64,000 bases of DNA from Acidobacteriota bacterium (GTDB lineage Bacteria > Acidobacteriota > UBA6911 > RPQK01 > JAJDTT01): positions 2,432,001 to 2,496,000 of the forward strand of contig CBDCJH010000002.1 of NCBI GenBank assembly GCA_965217775.1, in the 5' to 3' direction. Both the position numbers and the translations under genes were made by a program. Positions 47,172 to 55,003 of the stretch are shown here, piece after piece. The notes under the pieces were generated by a model. That model ran no database searches. It was not told the DNA's origin and saw only the letters and a list, made by a program, of their open reading frames with translations. Positions within the stretch are counted from its first letter, which is position 1. The number at the start of each line of letters is the position of its first letter.

Positions 47172-48482
47172 TCATGGCTTTTTCTGCAGGAGGCCCTCAG
47201 CAGCGCGCTGCCGCTCTTGGCTCCCCTCCTCTTCCAATCTCTGAAACCGTTCCAGTGAGACGCGAGCATCTTCCATCATCCCCAGCTTCCGGTAGACCTG
47301 GGCCAACTGGTAGTGGGGTTGTGGATCCCCGGGACCCAGTGCGATGGCCCGGTGGAGGGCGCCTTCGGCGGCCCGCAGTCGGCCCTTGGCCTCGTAGGCC
47401 GAAGCCAGAGCCACGTGGGCGTCCGGGAGCCTGACATCCACCTGCAACGCCCTCTCCAGGTGACGAATCGCCTGGTCGAACTGCTGCCGCGAGTTTTTGA
47501 TGATTCCCAATTCCAGGTTGACGATAGGGTGATGCGGATCGATCTTCAGCTCCTTCCGCAGCGCCGGCTCAGCCTTGTCGTATTGCCCCAGACCGAAGTA
47601 GATGTCCCCCAGGGCGAAGTTGACTCCGGGCGCGTCCGGGTTCAGGGCGACCGCTTGCTCGTACGCCTGCGCCGCCTCGTTCAGGTGTCCCCGGGCGGCG
47701 AAAAACTCGGCTCTGAGCTGATGGGACCGGAAGGAATTGGGTTCGACCTCGTCGATCCGGGCGATGGTCCGGTTGAAGCCGTCATCGCCGCCTTTCGTCA
47801 GATAAGCCTGGGCCAGCGTCTGCAAGGCTTCCAACTCCCGAGGATGGCTGCGGGTCAACGCCTCCAGATGTTCGATGCTCTCATCCACCCGTCCCAGCGC
47901 CAGGAAGCAGACGCCCAGATAGACCTGAGCCTTGACGTTCTTCGGGTCACGGGAGATCGCCTCCTGAAGGGCCCCTGCGGCCTCCGGGTACCGGTGGAGG
48001 CCGAAATAGGCGCGCCCCAGATAAAAATGGGCGTCGGGGAGATCGGGGTCGAGGGTCAGGGCACTGTGGATCGCATCGACAGCCGGGCCCAACCTTCCCT
48101 GGTATTGGTAGACCAGCCCCAACCGGACCATGATCTCAACAGTCCGTGGTGAAAGTCGCGCGAGCACCGAGACCGTTCCTGCGCCCGCCGGACAAGGCGC
48201 GATGAGGGAGCATACCGGGAGTATGTGACCGAGTCGCAACGCAGTCCGCCGGGATGCAGGGACGGTCGAATGCCGTGACGACTTTTGCCACGGGCTGTCA
48301 ACCCGTCCCGGCTGTAGTTCCAGGATACTGGTGTAGGACTTCTCGGCGGCTGGCCAATCGCCCCTCGCCTCCGCCTCCACGGCGGTTTGCAGTTGCCTCT
48401 GAACCGGGGTTTCCTGTCCAGCGGCCGATCCGGCCAAGGCCATCAGCGGAATCGTCGAGAGCAATAGCCAGAGACTCACCAT
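47172..48482 (-). CDS. TPR protein carrying an in-frame 54-codon MITE insertion
   Basis: Signal peptide and TPRs; the first TPR is interrupted by SPWQKSSRH...LSPRTV. Confidence 0.88.
   Translation of the reverse strand: MVSLWLLLSTIPLMALAGSAAGQETPVQRQLQTAVEAEARGDWPAAEKSYTSILELQPGRVDSPWQKSSRHSTVPASRRTALRLGHILPVCSLIAPCPAGAGTVSVLARLSPRTVEIMVRLGLVYQYQGRLGPAVDAIHSALTLDPDLPDAHFYLGRAYFGLHRYPEAAGALQEAISRDPKNVKAQVYLGVCFLALGRVDESIEHLEALTRSHPRELEALQTLAQAYLTKGGDDGFNRTIARIDEVEPNSFRSHQLRAEFFAARGHLNEAAQAYEQAVALNPDAPGVNFALGDIYFGLGQYDKAEPALRKELKIDPHHPIVNLELGIIKNSRQQFDQAIRHLERALQVDVRLPDAHVALASAYEAKGRLRAAEGALHRAIALGPGDPQPHYQLAQVYRKLGMMEDARVSLERFQRLEEEGSQERQRAAEGLLQKKP
48140..48297 (-). mobile_element. 158-bp MITE, copy 3 (TSD TCAA), inside the TPR gene
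   Basis: TCAA at 48136-48139 and 48298-48301. Confidence 0.93.
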
Positions 48483-48785
48483 GGCATCGAAACCCGAACC
48501 GGTGCGATTCTGTCGCTGCGCTCGGTCTATGGACGCCGGTCCTTTCGGGGCGTTACTCCAAGGAAATCAGAAGCGGCCAGCCTCGTTGAGACTATAAAAC
48601 AGTCAATTCCGGGAACACAGCAGCGACCAATCCGGGCTCGTTCCCAGAAGCACGAGTCCTCATGCCTCGGACTCCAGCGCATACCCTCGAGAACCACTTT
48701 CTCACTCCCTTTCTTGTGGTTTACGTTTATGCTGGCACCATCGAAACCGTCCAACACCCGGTTAGTCCCAACTGGAGGAACGACA

Positions 48786-49199
48786 ATGACCAAGATCTGC
48801 ACCTGCATCACGATAGCGCTTATTTTTTTCGTCCCGAATCTTCTTTCCCAGAAAGAGGAGGCCAGGCAACAAGACAAGTTCCTGCTTCTGGCCACCAGCC
48901 GGACCGGTACCATGGAGAAAGAACTCAACGAAACCGGCTCGCGCGGCTACCGCTTTGCCGGCACCCAGGGGGGCGAGACCGCCTTCGGCGGCAACGAGGT
49001 GGTCGTCATCATGTCGCTGGACCCCGAAGGCCGGCGTTTCCGCTACCTGCTCCTCGCAACCAGCCGGACCAGCACGATGCAAAAAGAGATGAACGAGGCG
49101 CCCCCGGAGTACGAGTTCGCCGGGATGACCGTGTTTCAATCCAGGTTTGGCGGAAAAGAAGCCGCTGTCATCCTCGAGGCGGAGATCAAAGAGGAGTGA
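48786..49199 (+). CDS. Secreted hypothetical protein with two internal repeats
   Basis: GGAGG RBS; signal peptide; (F/Y)LLLATSRT(G/S)TM(E/Q)KE(L/M)NE twice. Confidence 0.75.
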   Translation: MTKICTCITIALIFFVPNLLSQKEEARQQDKFLLLATSRTGTMEKELNETGSRGYRFAGTQGGETAFGGNEVVVIMSLDPEGRRFRYLLLATSRTSTMQKEMNEAPPEYEFAGMTVFQSRFGGKEAAVILEAEIKEE

Positions 49200-49361
49200 C
49201 CGTTGACGTCGGCAACCGGGAATTTACCCAGGGTCAAGTAAACAACCTAGGAGCCTGCGCCGCAGTGCGGCAGCCCGTAGGGTTGTGTCTAGAGAAGTAC
49301 GTTTGGCCTTTGTGAGAATTCCTGATCGGCGATGCTTCTGTTCATCCGTTCCAGTGTTTGA

Positions 49362-49519
49362 CAGTCCGTGGTGAAAGTCCCGCGAGCACCGAGACCGTTC
49401 CTGCGCCCGCCGGACAAGGCGCGATTCGGGTGCATACCGGGAGTATGTGCCCGAATCGCAACGCAGTCCGCCGGGATGCAGGGACGGTCGAATGCCGTGA
49501 CGACTTTTGCCACGGGCTG
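49362..49519 (-). mobile_element. 158-bp MITE, copy 4 (TSD TTGA)
   Basis: TTGA|CAGTCC...GGGCTG|TTGA. Confidence 0.92.
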
Positions 49520-49580
49520 TTGAAGCCGCGCAAACGTATTGCGCCGCCACCTAACCAGTTCGCCAAGACAATTTCAGTTT

Positions 49581-49608
49581 GATGCTATGATGTGTCGATG
49601 CTACGATG
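49581..49608 (+). promoter_or_regulatory. Putative vapBC promoter/operator direct repeat
   Basis: GATGCTATGATG-N4-GATGCTACGATG just before the antitoxin ATG; contains TATGAT. Confidence 0.5.
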
Positions 49609-49613
49609 TTCTC

Positions 49614-49838
49614 ATGAGAACTACAGTCACCATCGACGACGATGTGTTGGCCGTGGCGCGTACTCTTGCAGCAATGAAAGACATCAGTCTGGGGAGCGCT
49701 TTGTCAGACTTGGCGCGGCGCGGCTTCAGGCGAACTCAGACCAGATACGATGACGGCGTTCCCGTATTCCACGTTGACGCCGATGCGGCCCCGATCACGA
49801 GTGAGGACGTACGGAAAGCCCTCAGCGATTGGCCATGA
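49614..49838 (+). CDS. vapB: RHH-type antitoxin (VapB)
   Basis: MRTTVTIDDDVL...SLGSALSDLARRG...ITSEDV. Confidence 0.88.
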   Translation: MRTTVTIDDDVLAVARTLAAMKDISLGSALSDLARRGFRRTQTRYDDGVPVFHVDADAAPITSEDVRKALSDWP

Positions 49839-50269
49839 TCCGCTTGCTCGACGTCAACGTGCTCATTGCGCTGACATGGCCCAACCACGTACACCATGAC
49901 GTAGCGCGGTCGTGGTTTACGGAGGTCCGCACCGACGGATGGGCCACCTGCCCGCTGACCGAAGCCGGATTTGTGCGCATTTCCTGTAACCCGTCTGCCG
50001 TCAAACAGTCCATAACGGCCACCGATGCGATTGCGCTGTTGGCCAAGCTCAGAAAGCTGGAGTCGCATTCCTTCTGGGCCATGGATCTTTCCATCGTCGA
50101 TCTGCCGCCGGGAATCCTCAGGAGGATTCAAGGATACCGCCAGATCACCGACGCTGTTCTCCTGGCCCTTGCAATCCAGTTTGGGGGGCAGCTCGCCACT
50201 TTTGATTCGGGGTTCACCGATCTGTTGGCGCGGGAAGAACTCCAGTCTGTTCGTATGATTCCCATATGA
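49835..50269 (+). CDS. vapC: PIN-domain toxin (VapC)
   Basis: LLDVNVLIAL, CPLTEAGFVR, QITDAVLLALA, LATFD; ATGA coupling. Confidence 0.92.
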   Translation: MIRLLDVNVLIALTWPNHVHHDVARSWFTEVRTDGWATCPLTEAGFVRISCNPSAVKQSITATDAIALLAKLRKLESHSFWAMDLSIVDLPPGILRRIQGYRQITDAVLLALAIQFGGQLATFDSGFTDLLAREELQSVRMIPI

Positions 50270-50435
50270 GCAAACAACAATCGATACACCAGACCAGAAT
50301 CGGGGGGCCAATCCGTCACAGCCCGAGAATCGGCGGCTGGGAAGCGCCCGTTCCCAAATCGACCCGGGCGTTTTTGACAGGCCGTCCCCCTTCCCTTATC
50401 TTCTGCGGGCCAATTCTCAAGGGAGGCTCCCTGAC

Positions 50436-51224
50436 GTGAAGGACAATCGGGTACGTCAAAAGATCATCGCGGGCGAAGCGGCCGTCGGATGCTTTCTGGG
50501 ACTGGGCAGTCCCTCGGTGGCCGAGTTGCTGGCCTACTCGGGGTACGAATGGCTGCTGGTCGAAACCGAGCACAACGCCCTGGATTCGGCTCAGGTCGAG
50601 CACATGCTCATGGCCATCGACGGTTCCGGCGCCATGCCCATGGTCCGGGTCCCGCCCTCGGACCTGTTCGCCATACAGAAGGCTCTGGATATAGGCGCCA
50701 TGGGGATCATCGTCCCCATGGTGAAGACCGTGGAGGAGGCGGAGGCGGTGGTGGCCGCCACCCGTTATCCTCCGGAAGGAAAGCGAGGCTTCGGGCCTCT
50801 GCGGGCGTCCCGCTACACCCTCGACTACGAGGACTACCTGGAACGGGCCAACCGGAACATCCTGGTGGGCCTGCTGCTGGAGACCGCCGAGGCAGTGGAG
50901 GACCTGGAGCGGATCGCTTCGGTGCCCGGGGTCGACCTGCTCTACATGGGCATGTGGGACCTGTCGCTGGCTCTGGGCGTGGACCCCAGGCGTCAGCCGA
51001 ATCCCGAGACGGACGCCGTGATCGACAAGGCTCTGCAGGTGGGCCGGGACACCGGCGTGGCCATCGGCATCGGCGTCGGGAGCCCGGAAGACCTGGCGCA
51101 CCGCCTGGAGCAGGGATTCACCTTCCTGGGCTACGGGAGCGACTACAGCCTTCTGCTCGGCGGGGCCAAGTCCGCCTTGGAAACCTTTCGGGCCTCCCAA
51201 TCCGGGAGGCCGGAGAGCGGCTGA
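50436..51224 (+). CDS. HpcH/HpaI aldolase family protein
   Basis: ETEH, ALDIGAMGIIVP, RYPPEGKRG, LLET, GxxDLS. Confidence 0.9.
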   Translation: MKDNRVRQKIIAGEAAVGCFLGLGSPSVAELLAYSGYEWLLVETEHNALDSAQVEHMLMAIDGSGAMPMVRVPPSDLFAIQKALDIGAMGIIVPMVKTVEEAEAVVAATRYPPEGKRGFGPLRASRYTLDYEDYLERANRNILVGLLLETAEAVEDLERIASVPGVDLLYMGMWDLSLALGVDPRRQPNPETDAVIDKALQVGRDTGVAIGIGVGSPEDLAHRLEQGFTFLGYGSDYSLLLGGAKSALETFRASQSGRPESG

Positions 51225-51226
51225 CA
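51094..51226 (+). repeat. 133-bp direct repeat copy 1 (3' end of the aldolase gene)
   Basis: Matches 53035-53167 with 6 mismatches by eye. Confidence 0.92.
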
Positions 51227-51261
51227 TCCCGGAACCGGCGGACGCACATAGTGACGCCTAA

Positions 51262-51420
51262 CAGTCCGTGGTGAAAGTCCCGCGAGCACCGAGACCGGTC
51301 CTGCGCCCGCCGGACAAGGCACAACGGAGGGAGTATACCGGGAGGATGTGACCGAGTCGCAACGCAGTCCGCCGGGATGCAGGGACGGTCGAATGCCGCG
51401 ACGACTTTTGCCACGGGCTG
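51262..51420 (-). mobile_element. MITE copy 5 (159 bp, diverged; flanks CTAA/TTAA)
   Basis: Same TIRs; central hairpin altered; imperfect TSD. Confidence 0.9.
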
Positions 51421-51449
51421 TTAAGAACGAAACCCGCCCCATCGTTGGA

Positions 51450-51709
51450 TCACGTCGCCGAACGTCGCCAGTGCCGCATGGTTCGAGGACTCATGCCGAT
51501 GATCTCGTCAGCCTGGATCCAGTTGGTCTGCCCACAATTTGCCCCGTGTACGACGTCCTGCACCTTCATCAACCGCTCCACGGCCCGCGGTGAAACCAGC
51601 ACGATGCCCGACGTCTCAACGTCGGGGAAGAATGATCATCCTGATCCCACGCCTGCCGGATCGGACAGGTCACGTGCTGGCGGGACCGGATATTTTGCCT
51701 ACTGACGAC
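51450..51709 (-). pseudogene. Remnant of an IS end and transposase N-terminal HTH (ISNCY/IS481-like)
   Basis: Minus frame AVERLMKVQDVV...WIQADEIIGMSPRTMRHWRR then stop; IS-end-like CGGACAGGTCACGTG..CCGGATATTTT..CTACTGAC. Confidence 0.55.
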
Positions 51710-51726
51710 CGAGGCAACTCGTTTCG

Positions 51727-51766
51727 TTGACGATACGGCTGGAAATTAGGTACAATACTTTGTACA
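51727..51766 (+). promoter_or_regulatory. Sigma70 promoter with GTACA palindromic operator
   Basis: TTGACG-N18-TACAAT; GGTACA and TGTACA 12 bp apart overlap the -10; GGAGGT RBS downstream. Confidence 0.7.
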
Positions 51767-51788
51767 TTATTGGTGGAGGTGATGCAAC

Positions 51789-52265
51789 GTGGCTGAGGAA
51801 TACATTCCCATAAGCAAGGCGCGGGCCGAGATTGCCAAATGCGCCAACTTAGCTCAAACGCAGATGCGGCGCTATGTGTTAACAACTCAGGGTGACCCAA
51901 AGGTCGTCTTGCTCGGATACGAAGATTACCGTACCCTGAAAGCGACTGCCAGTCTTGCGCGCCGCCCAGAAGTCATCAGGAACATCCGCAATGGAATGGC
52001 TCATATTCGTGAGGGCAAGACGATCCCGCTCGCAGAGTTTGAACGGCAAGCGAAATTCGCCGCTAAACAAGCCCGAGACAGGGTTTTCATCGTCACAGAT
52101 CCATCTGGACACTTCTCACACCAGGACATAGCGTCCGCTTTGGAAGAAATGGGTCTAACGTTGAGTGTTCAAAAGCCTGCAGAGCCCGTTCAGTCGTACT
52201 CAATGGATTTGTTTGCGGAAAGGCCAGCCGCTAGCGCCAAGTCAAGACAAGCTGGCAATAAATGA
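51789..52265 (+). CDS. Phd/YefM-family antitoxin with C-terminal extension
   Basis: IPISKARAEI...YVLTTQGDPKVVLLGYEDYRTLKAT...GMAHIREGKTIPL. Confidence 0.8.
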   Translation: MAEEYIPISKARAEIAKCANLAQTQMRRYVLTTQGDPKVVLLGYEDYRTLKATASLARRPEVIRNIRNGMAHIREGKTIPLAEFERQAKFAAKQARDRVFIVTDPSGHFSHQDIASALEEMGLTLSVQKPAEPVQSYSMDLFAERPAASAKSRQAGNK

Positions 52266-52553
52266 GACAGTTGCTCCGAGTAACTGTACACAAAAACCTA
52301 GAAACACCAAGTATAGCCCCAACAACGAGTAGGCACGCCTTTCATCGTTGACCTTGCCAAGCCGAGATGCGATCTCAGCGGAACGGACGACCTCACCTCG
52401 ACCCCTTCGGACCAGCACCCAGACAATACGAATCCCTCGCTTAGCGAAGCCCGGCAACGAAAACGGATGGTATGATCTGGCCATCATCAGCGCGCCCATG
52501 ATTCCGAGGGTCGCACCCGAAATCGAAAAGAAATATCCCAGAGATGCCAACAC
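52242..52553 (-). CDS. Small two-TM hypothetical membrane protein
   Basis: Hydrophobic N- and C-terminal segments; directly downstream of the RelE-like ORF. Confidence 0.5.
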   Translation of the reverse strand: MLASLGYFFSISGATLGIMGALMMARSYHPFSLPGFAKRGIRIVWVLVRRGRGEVVRSAEIASRLGKVNDERRAYSLLGLYLVFLGFCVQLLGATVSFIASLS

Positions 52554-52574
52554 TTTTATCTGCTCTTTCCCATT

Positions 52575-52817
52575 TTAAGGAAGGTAAATTTCGACGACTT
52601 CCACCGCGTCACTTGTTCTGTATAGTATTGCGAATCTCCCCACATCCAAGCGATAAAGTTGATGCCCCAGTATCGGGTAGCCACTGCGGGATTGCGTTGC
52701 CACACTCCTGAGAGCTGCGCAGACGGAATCGATTTCTTGATCGCTGGGACGGAATTGAATGAACTGCTCAAAGGCACTTTCCGCAACCGTGACCTCTTTG
52801 ACTGAACGTGATGCCAT
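52575..52817 (-). CDS. RelE/ParE-like small protein
   Basis: VTVAESAFEQF...LYRLDVGRFAILY...VEVVEI pattern. Confidence 0.55.
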   Translation of the reverse strand: MASRSVKEVTVAESAFEQFIQFRPSDQEIDSVCAALRSVATQSRSGYPILGHQLYRLDVGRFAILYRTSDAVEVVEIYLP

Positions 52818-53034
52818 ACTTTTCCTACATAGGGTAATGTTTCGAATGCATTCAGTACAATCGGTGTCCAGGACCCATTCGCTTGTTTTCGGCGCTGGCG
52901 TTCAAGGCCAAGCCAGAGTCCGAAGCACGGACCCGGACGATTGAATTTATCGCCGCTCAATCTCCGAAAGCGTCACCCCAAAGGGGGTGCTGGCCCACAT
53001 CGAGTCTGGCTGGACCGACCCGGGCTCGGGTGAA

Positions 53035-53167
53035 TGGCGCACCGGCTGGAGCAGGGGTTCATCTTCCTGGGCTACGGGAGCGACTACAGCCTTCTGCTCG
53101 GCGGGGCCAAGTCCGCCCTGGAAACCTTTCGGGCCTCCCAATCCGGGAAGGCGGAGAGCGGCTGACA
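53035..53167 (+). repeat. 133-bp direct repeat copy 2 (displaced aldolase 3' end including stop)
   Basis: Encodes AHRLEQGFIFLGYGSDYSLLLGGAKSALETFRASQSGKAESG*. Confidence 0.92.
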
Positions 53168-53181
53168 CCGCGCCAAGCGAT

Positions 53182-54189
53182 TCAACTCCCTTCCTGCCGC
53201 CCCCAGCGGTCGTAGAGGAAGTCGGCCAGGGCGCTGAAGATGAGCAGGGCGCCCACGGCCACCTGCTGCACAAAGACCGAGATGCCCAGGATGTTCAGGG
53301 CATTGCGGACGATCTGAAAGAAGATCACGCCCAACAGCGTCCCCGGCATGGAGCCCCGTCCCCCGTACAGGCTCGTCCCCCCGATGACCACCGCCGCGAT
53401 GACGTCCAGCTCGGCCCCGGTCCCCGCCAGGGTGAGGGCCGAGTTCAGACGGGCCGCCAGCAGAATCCCCGCAAAGGAAGCCAGTCCGCCGCTCAGGGCG
53501 TAGAGCAGGAACTGGTGGCGCTTGACGCGGACCCCCAGGCGGCGGGCCGTTTCGGGATCGTTGCCGATGGCGAAGGTGTAGCGCCCGAAGCGGGTCTTCA
53601 CCAGCACCAGGTGGCCGATCAGGTAGACCGCCGCGGTGATCAACACCAGCACGGGGATCGGACCGATGCGCCCCTTGCCCAGAAACAGGAAGCTCTCCGG
53701 GAGGCCGACGATGGAGTTGCCGCTGGTCAGGAACATGACGGTGCCCCGGGCGACGTTGAGCATCCCCAGGGTCATGATGAAGGCTGGGATTCTGCCGTAG
53801 GCCACGGCGACGCCGTTGACCGCACCGGCGGCGGTCCCCACCAGCAATCCACCCACGATAGCGGCCGGGACCGGGATCCCGGAGACCAGGAGTCCGGCCG
53901 TTCCCATGCTCCCCAGGGCCAGGATCGAGCCCACCGAGAGGTCGATCCCGGCGGCAATGATGACGAAGGTCATACCGGCCGCGACGATGGCGTTGATGGA
54001 GAGCTGTTCCAGGATGTTGAGGAAATTTCGAGTGGTGAGAAAGACGGGAGAGATCATGGACACGACGGCCACCAGAATCAGGGTGGCCGCCAGCAGCGCC
54101 TTGAGCCGGGTGAGCTTCAGCAAGGCGGGATGCAGACCCCGGCTCGTCAAGCGGGAGACCAAAACTTGAAGCGAACGATTCCAATCCAC
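53182..54189 (-). CDS. Sugar ABC permease (RbsC-like)
   Basis: GIDLSVGS, FIMTLG, TRFGR..FAIG, ELDVIAAVVIGGTSL.GG.GS. Confidence 0.92.
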   Translation of the reverse strand: MDWNRSLQVLVSRLTSRGLHPALLKLTRLKALLAATLILVAVVSMISPVFLTTRNFLNILEQLSINAIVAAGMTFVIIAAGIDLSVGSILALGSMGTAGLLVSGIPVPAAIVGGLLVGTAAGAVNGVAVAYGRIPAFIMTLGMLNVARGTVMFLTSGNSIVGLPESFLFLGKGRIGPIPVLVLITAAVYLIGHLVLVKTRFGRYTFAIGNDPETARRLGVRVKRHQFLLYALSGGLASFAGILLAARLNSALTLAGTGAELDVIAAVVIGGTSLYGGRGSMPGTLLGVIFFQIVRNALNILGISVFVQQVAVGALLIFSALADFLYDRWGRQEGS

Positions 54190-54196
54190 GGGCCGG

Positions 54197-55003
54197 TCAA
54201 CTCCTGGACGGAAGCGGGCCCTTCAGCATCAGGTCGACGACCTCGTCCTGGTTCGTGGAACGGGTCCTCAGGTCGGCCACCGTCGCCCCCTTCCTCATGA
54301 CCACGATCCGGTCGGCGATGGAGAAGATGTCGTCCAACTCGTGACCGATCACGATCAGGGAGACTCCCTCGTCCCGAAACCTCCGGATCAGGTCCAGCGT
54401 CTTTCGGGTCTCCGCGACCCCCAGGGCCGCCGTCGGTTCGTCCATCAGGATCAGCTTGGCGCGGGCCAGTAGGGCACGGGCCAGGGCTACCGCCTGGCGC
54501 TGTCCCCCCGAAAGGTAACGCACCCGGGTTGAGGCGCGGAAGTCGTAGCCGAGCCTGCGGATCAACTCTTCCGCCTTGGCCTTCATGGACTTCTCCGCCA
54601 GCCAGCGGAGCCCGGGGACGCCCCGGCGCCACTCCCGTCCCATGAAGATGTTGGCGGTCACGTCCAGTTCGCCCAGGAGCGCCAGGTCCTGGTACACCGT
54701 CTCGATCCCATGGTGACGGGCCTCGGCGGGGCTTCCCGTTCGAAGCGGCCGGCCTTCCATGAGGAACCGTCCCCCATCGGGTCGATCGACGCCGGAGATG
54801 AGGTGGATCAGTGTCGATTTTCCGGCCCCGTTGCCGCCCACCAGGCCCACGATCTCAGCCCGGCCGACGGTGAGATCGGCGCCGTCGACCGCCGTCAGCG
54901 CGCCGAATCGTTTGGTGATACCCACCGCCTCCAGGAGAGCTGCGCGGCCGGCCCCGCCAGCGGGTCCGGTCGCGGTTCCGGAGGCGCTTTCCGGCTCGCT
55001 CAC
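54197..55003 (-). CDS. Sugar ABC ATP-binding protein (single domain)
   Basis: GGNGAGKSTL, GIETVYQDLAL, LSGGQRQ, MDEPTAALG; GTG start overlaps the SBP stop. Confidence 0.9.
   Translation of the reverse strand: MSEPESASGTATGPAGGAGRAALLEAVGITKRFGALTAVDGADLTVGRAEIVGLVGGNGAGKSTLIHLISGVDRPDGGRFLMEGRPLRTGSPAEARHHGIETVYQDLALLGELDVTANIFMGREWRRGVPGLRWLAEKSMKAKAEELIRRLGYDFRASTRVRYLSGGQRQAVALARALLARAKLILMDEPTAALGVAETRKTLDLIRRFRDEGVSLIVIGHELDDIFSIADRIVVMRKGATVADLRTRSTNQDEVVDLMLKGPLPSRS

Noticed and set aside
49224-49582. Several short ORFs sharing SPWQKSSRH / ARGKSRHG / TVRGES peptides
   Set aside because: Translations of the MITE in different frames, not an independent gene family.
49200-50435. Gene 3'-end duplication around vapBC, as in the two islets
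   Set aside because: Searched by eye; no flanking direct repeat found.
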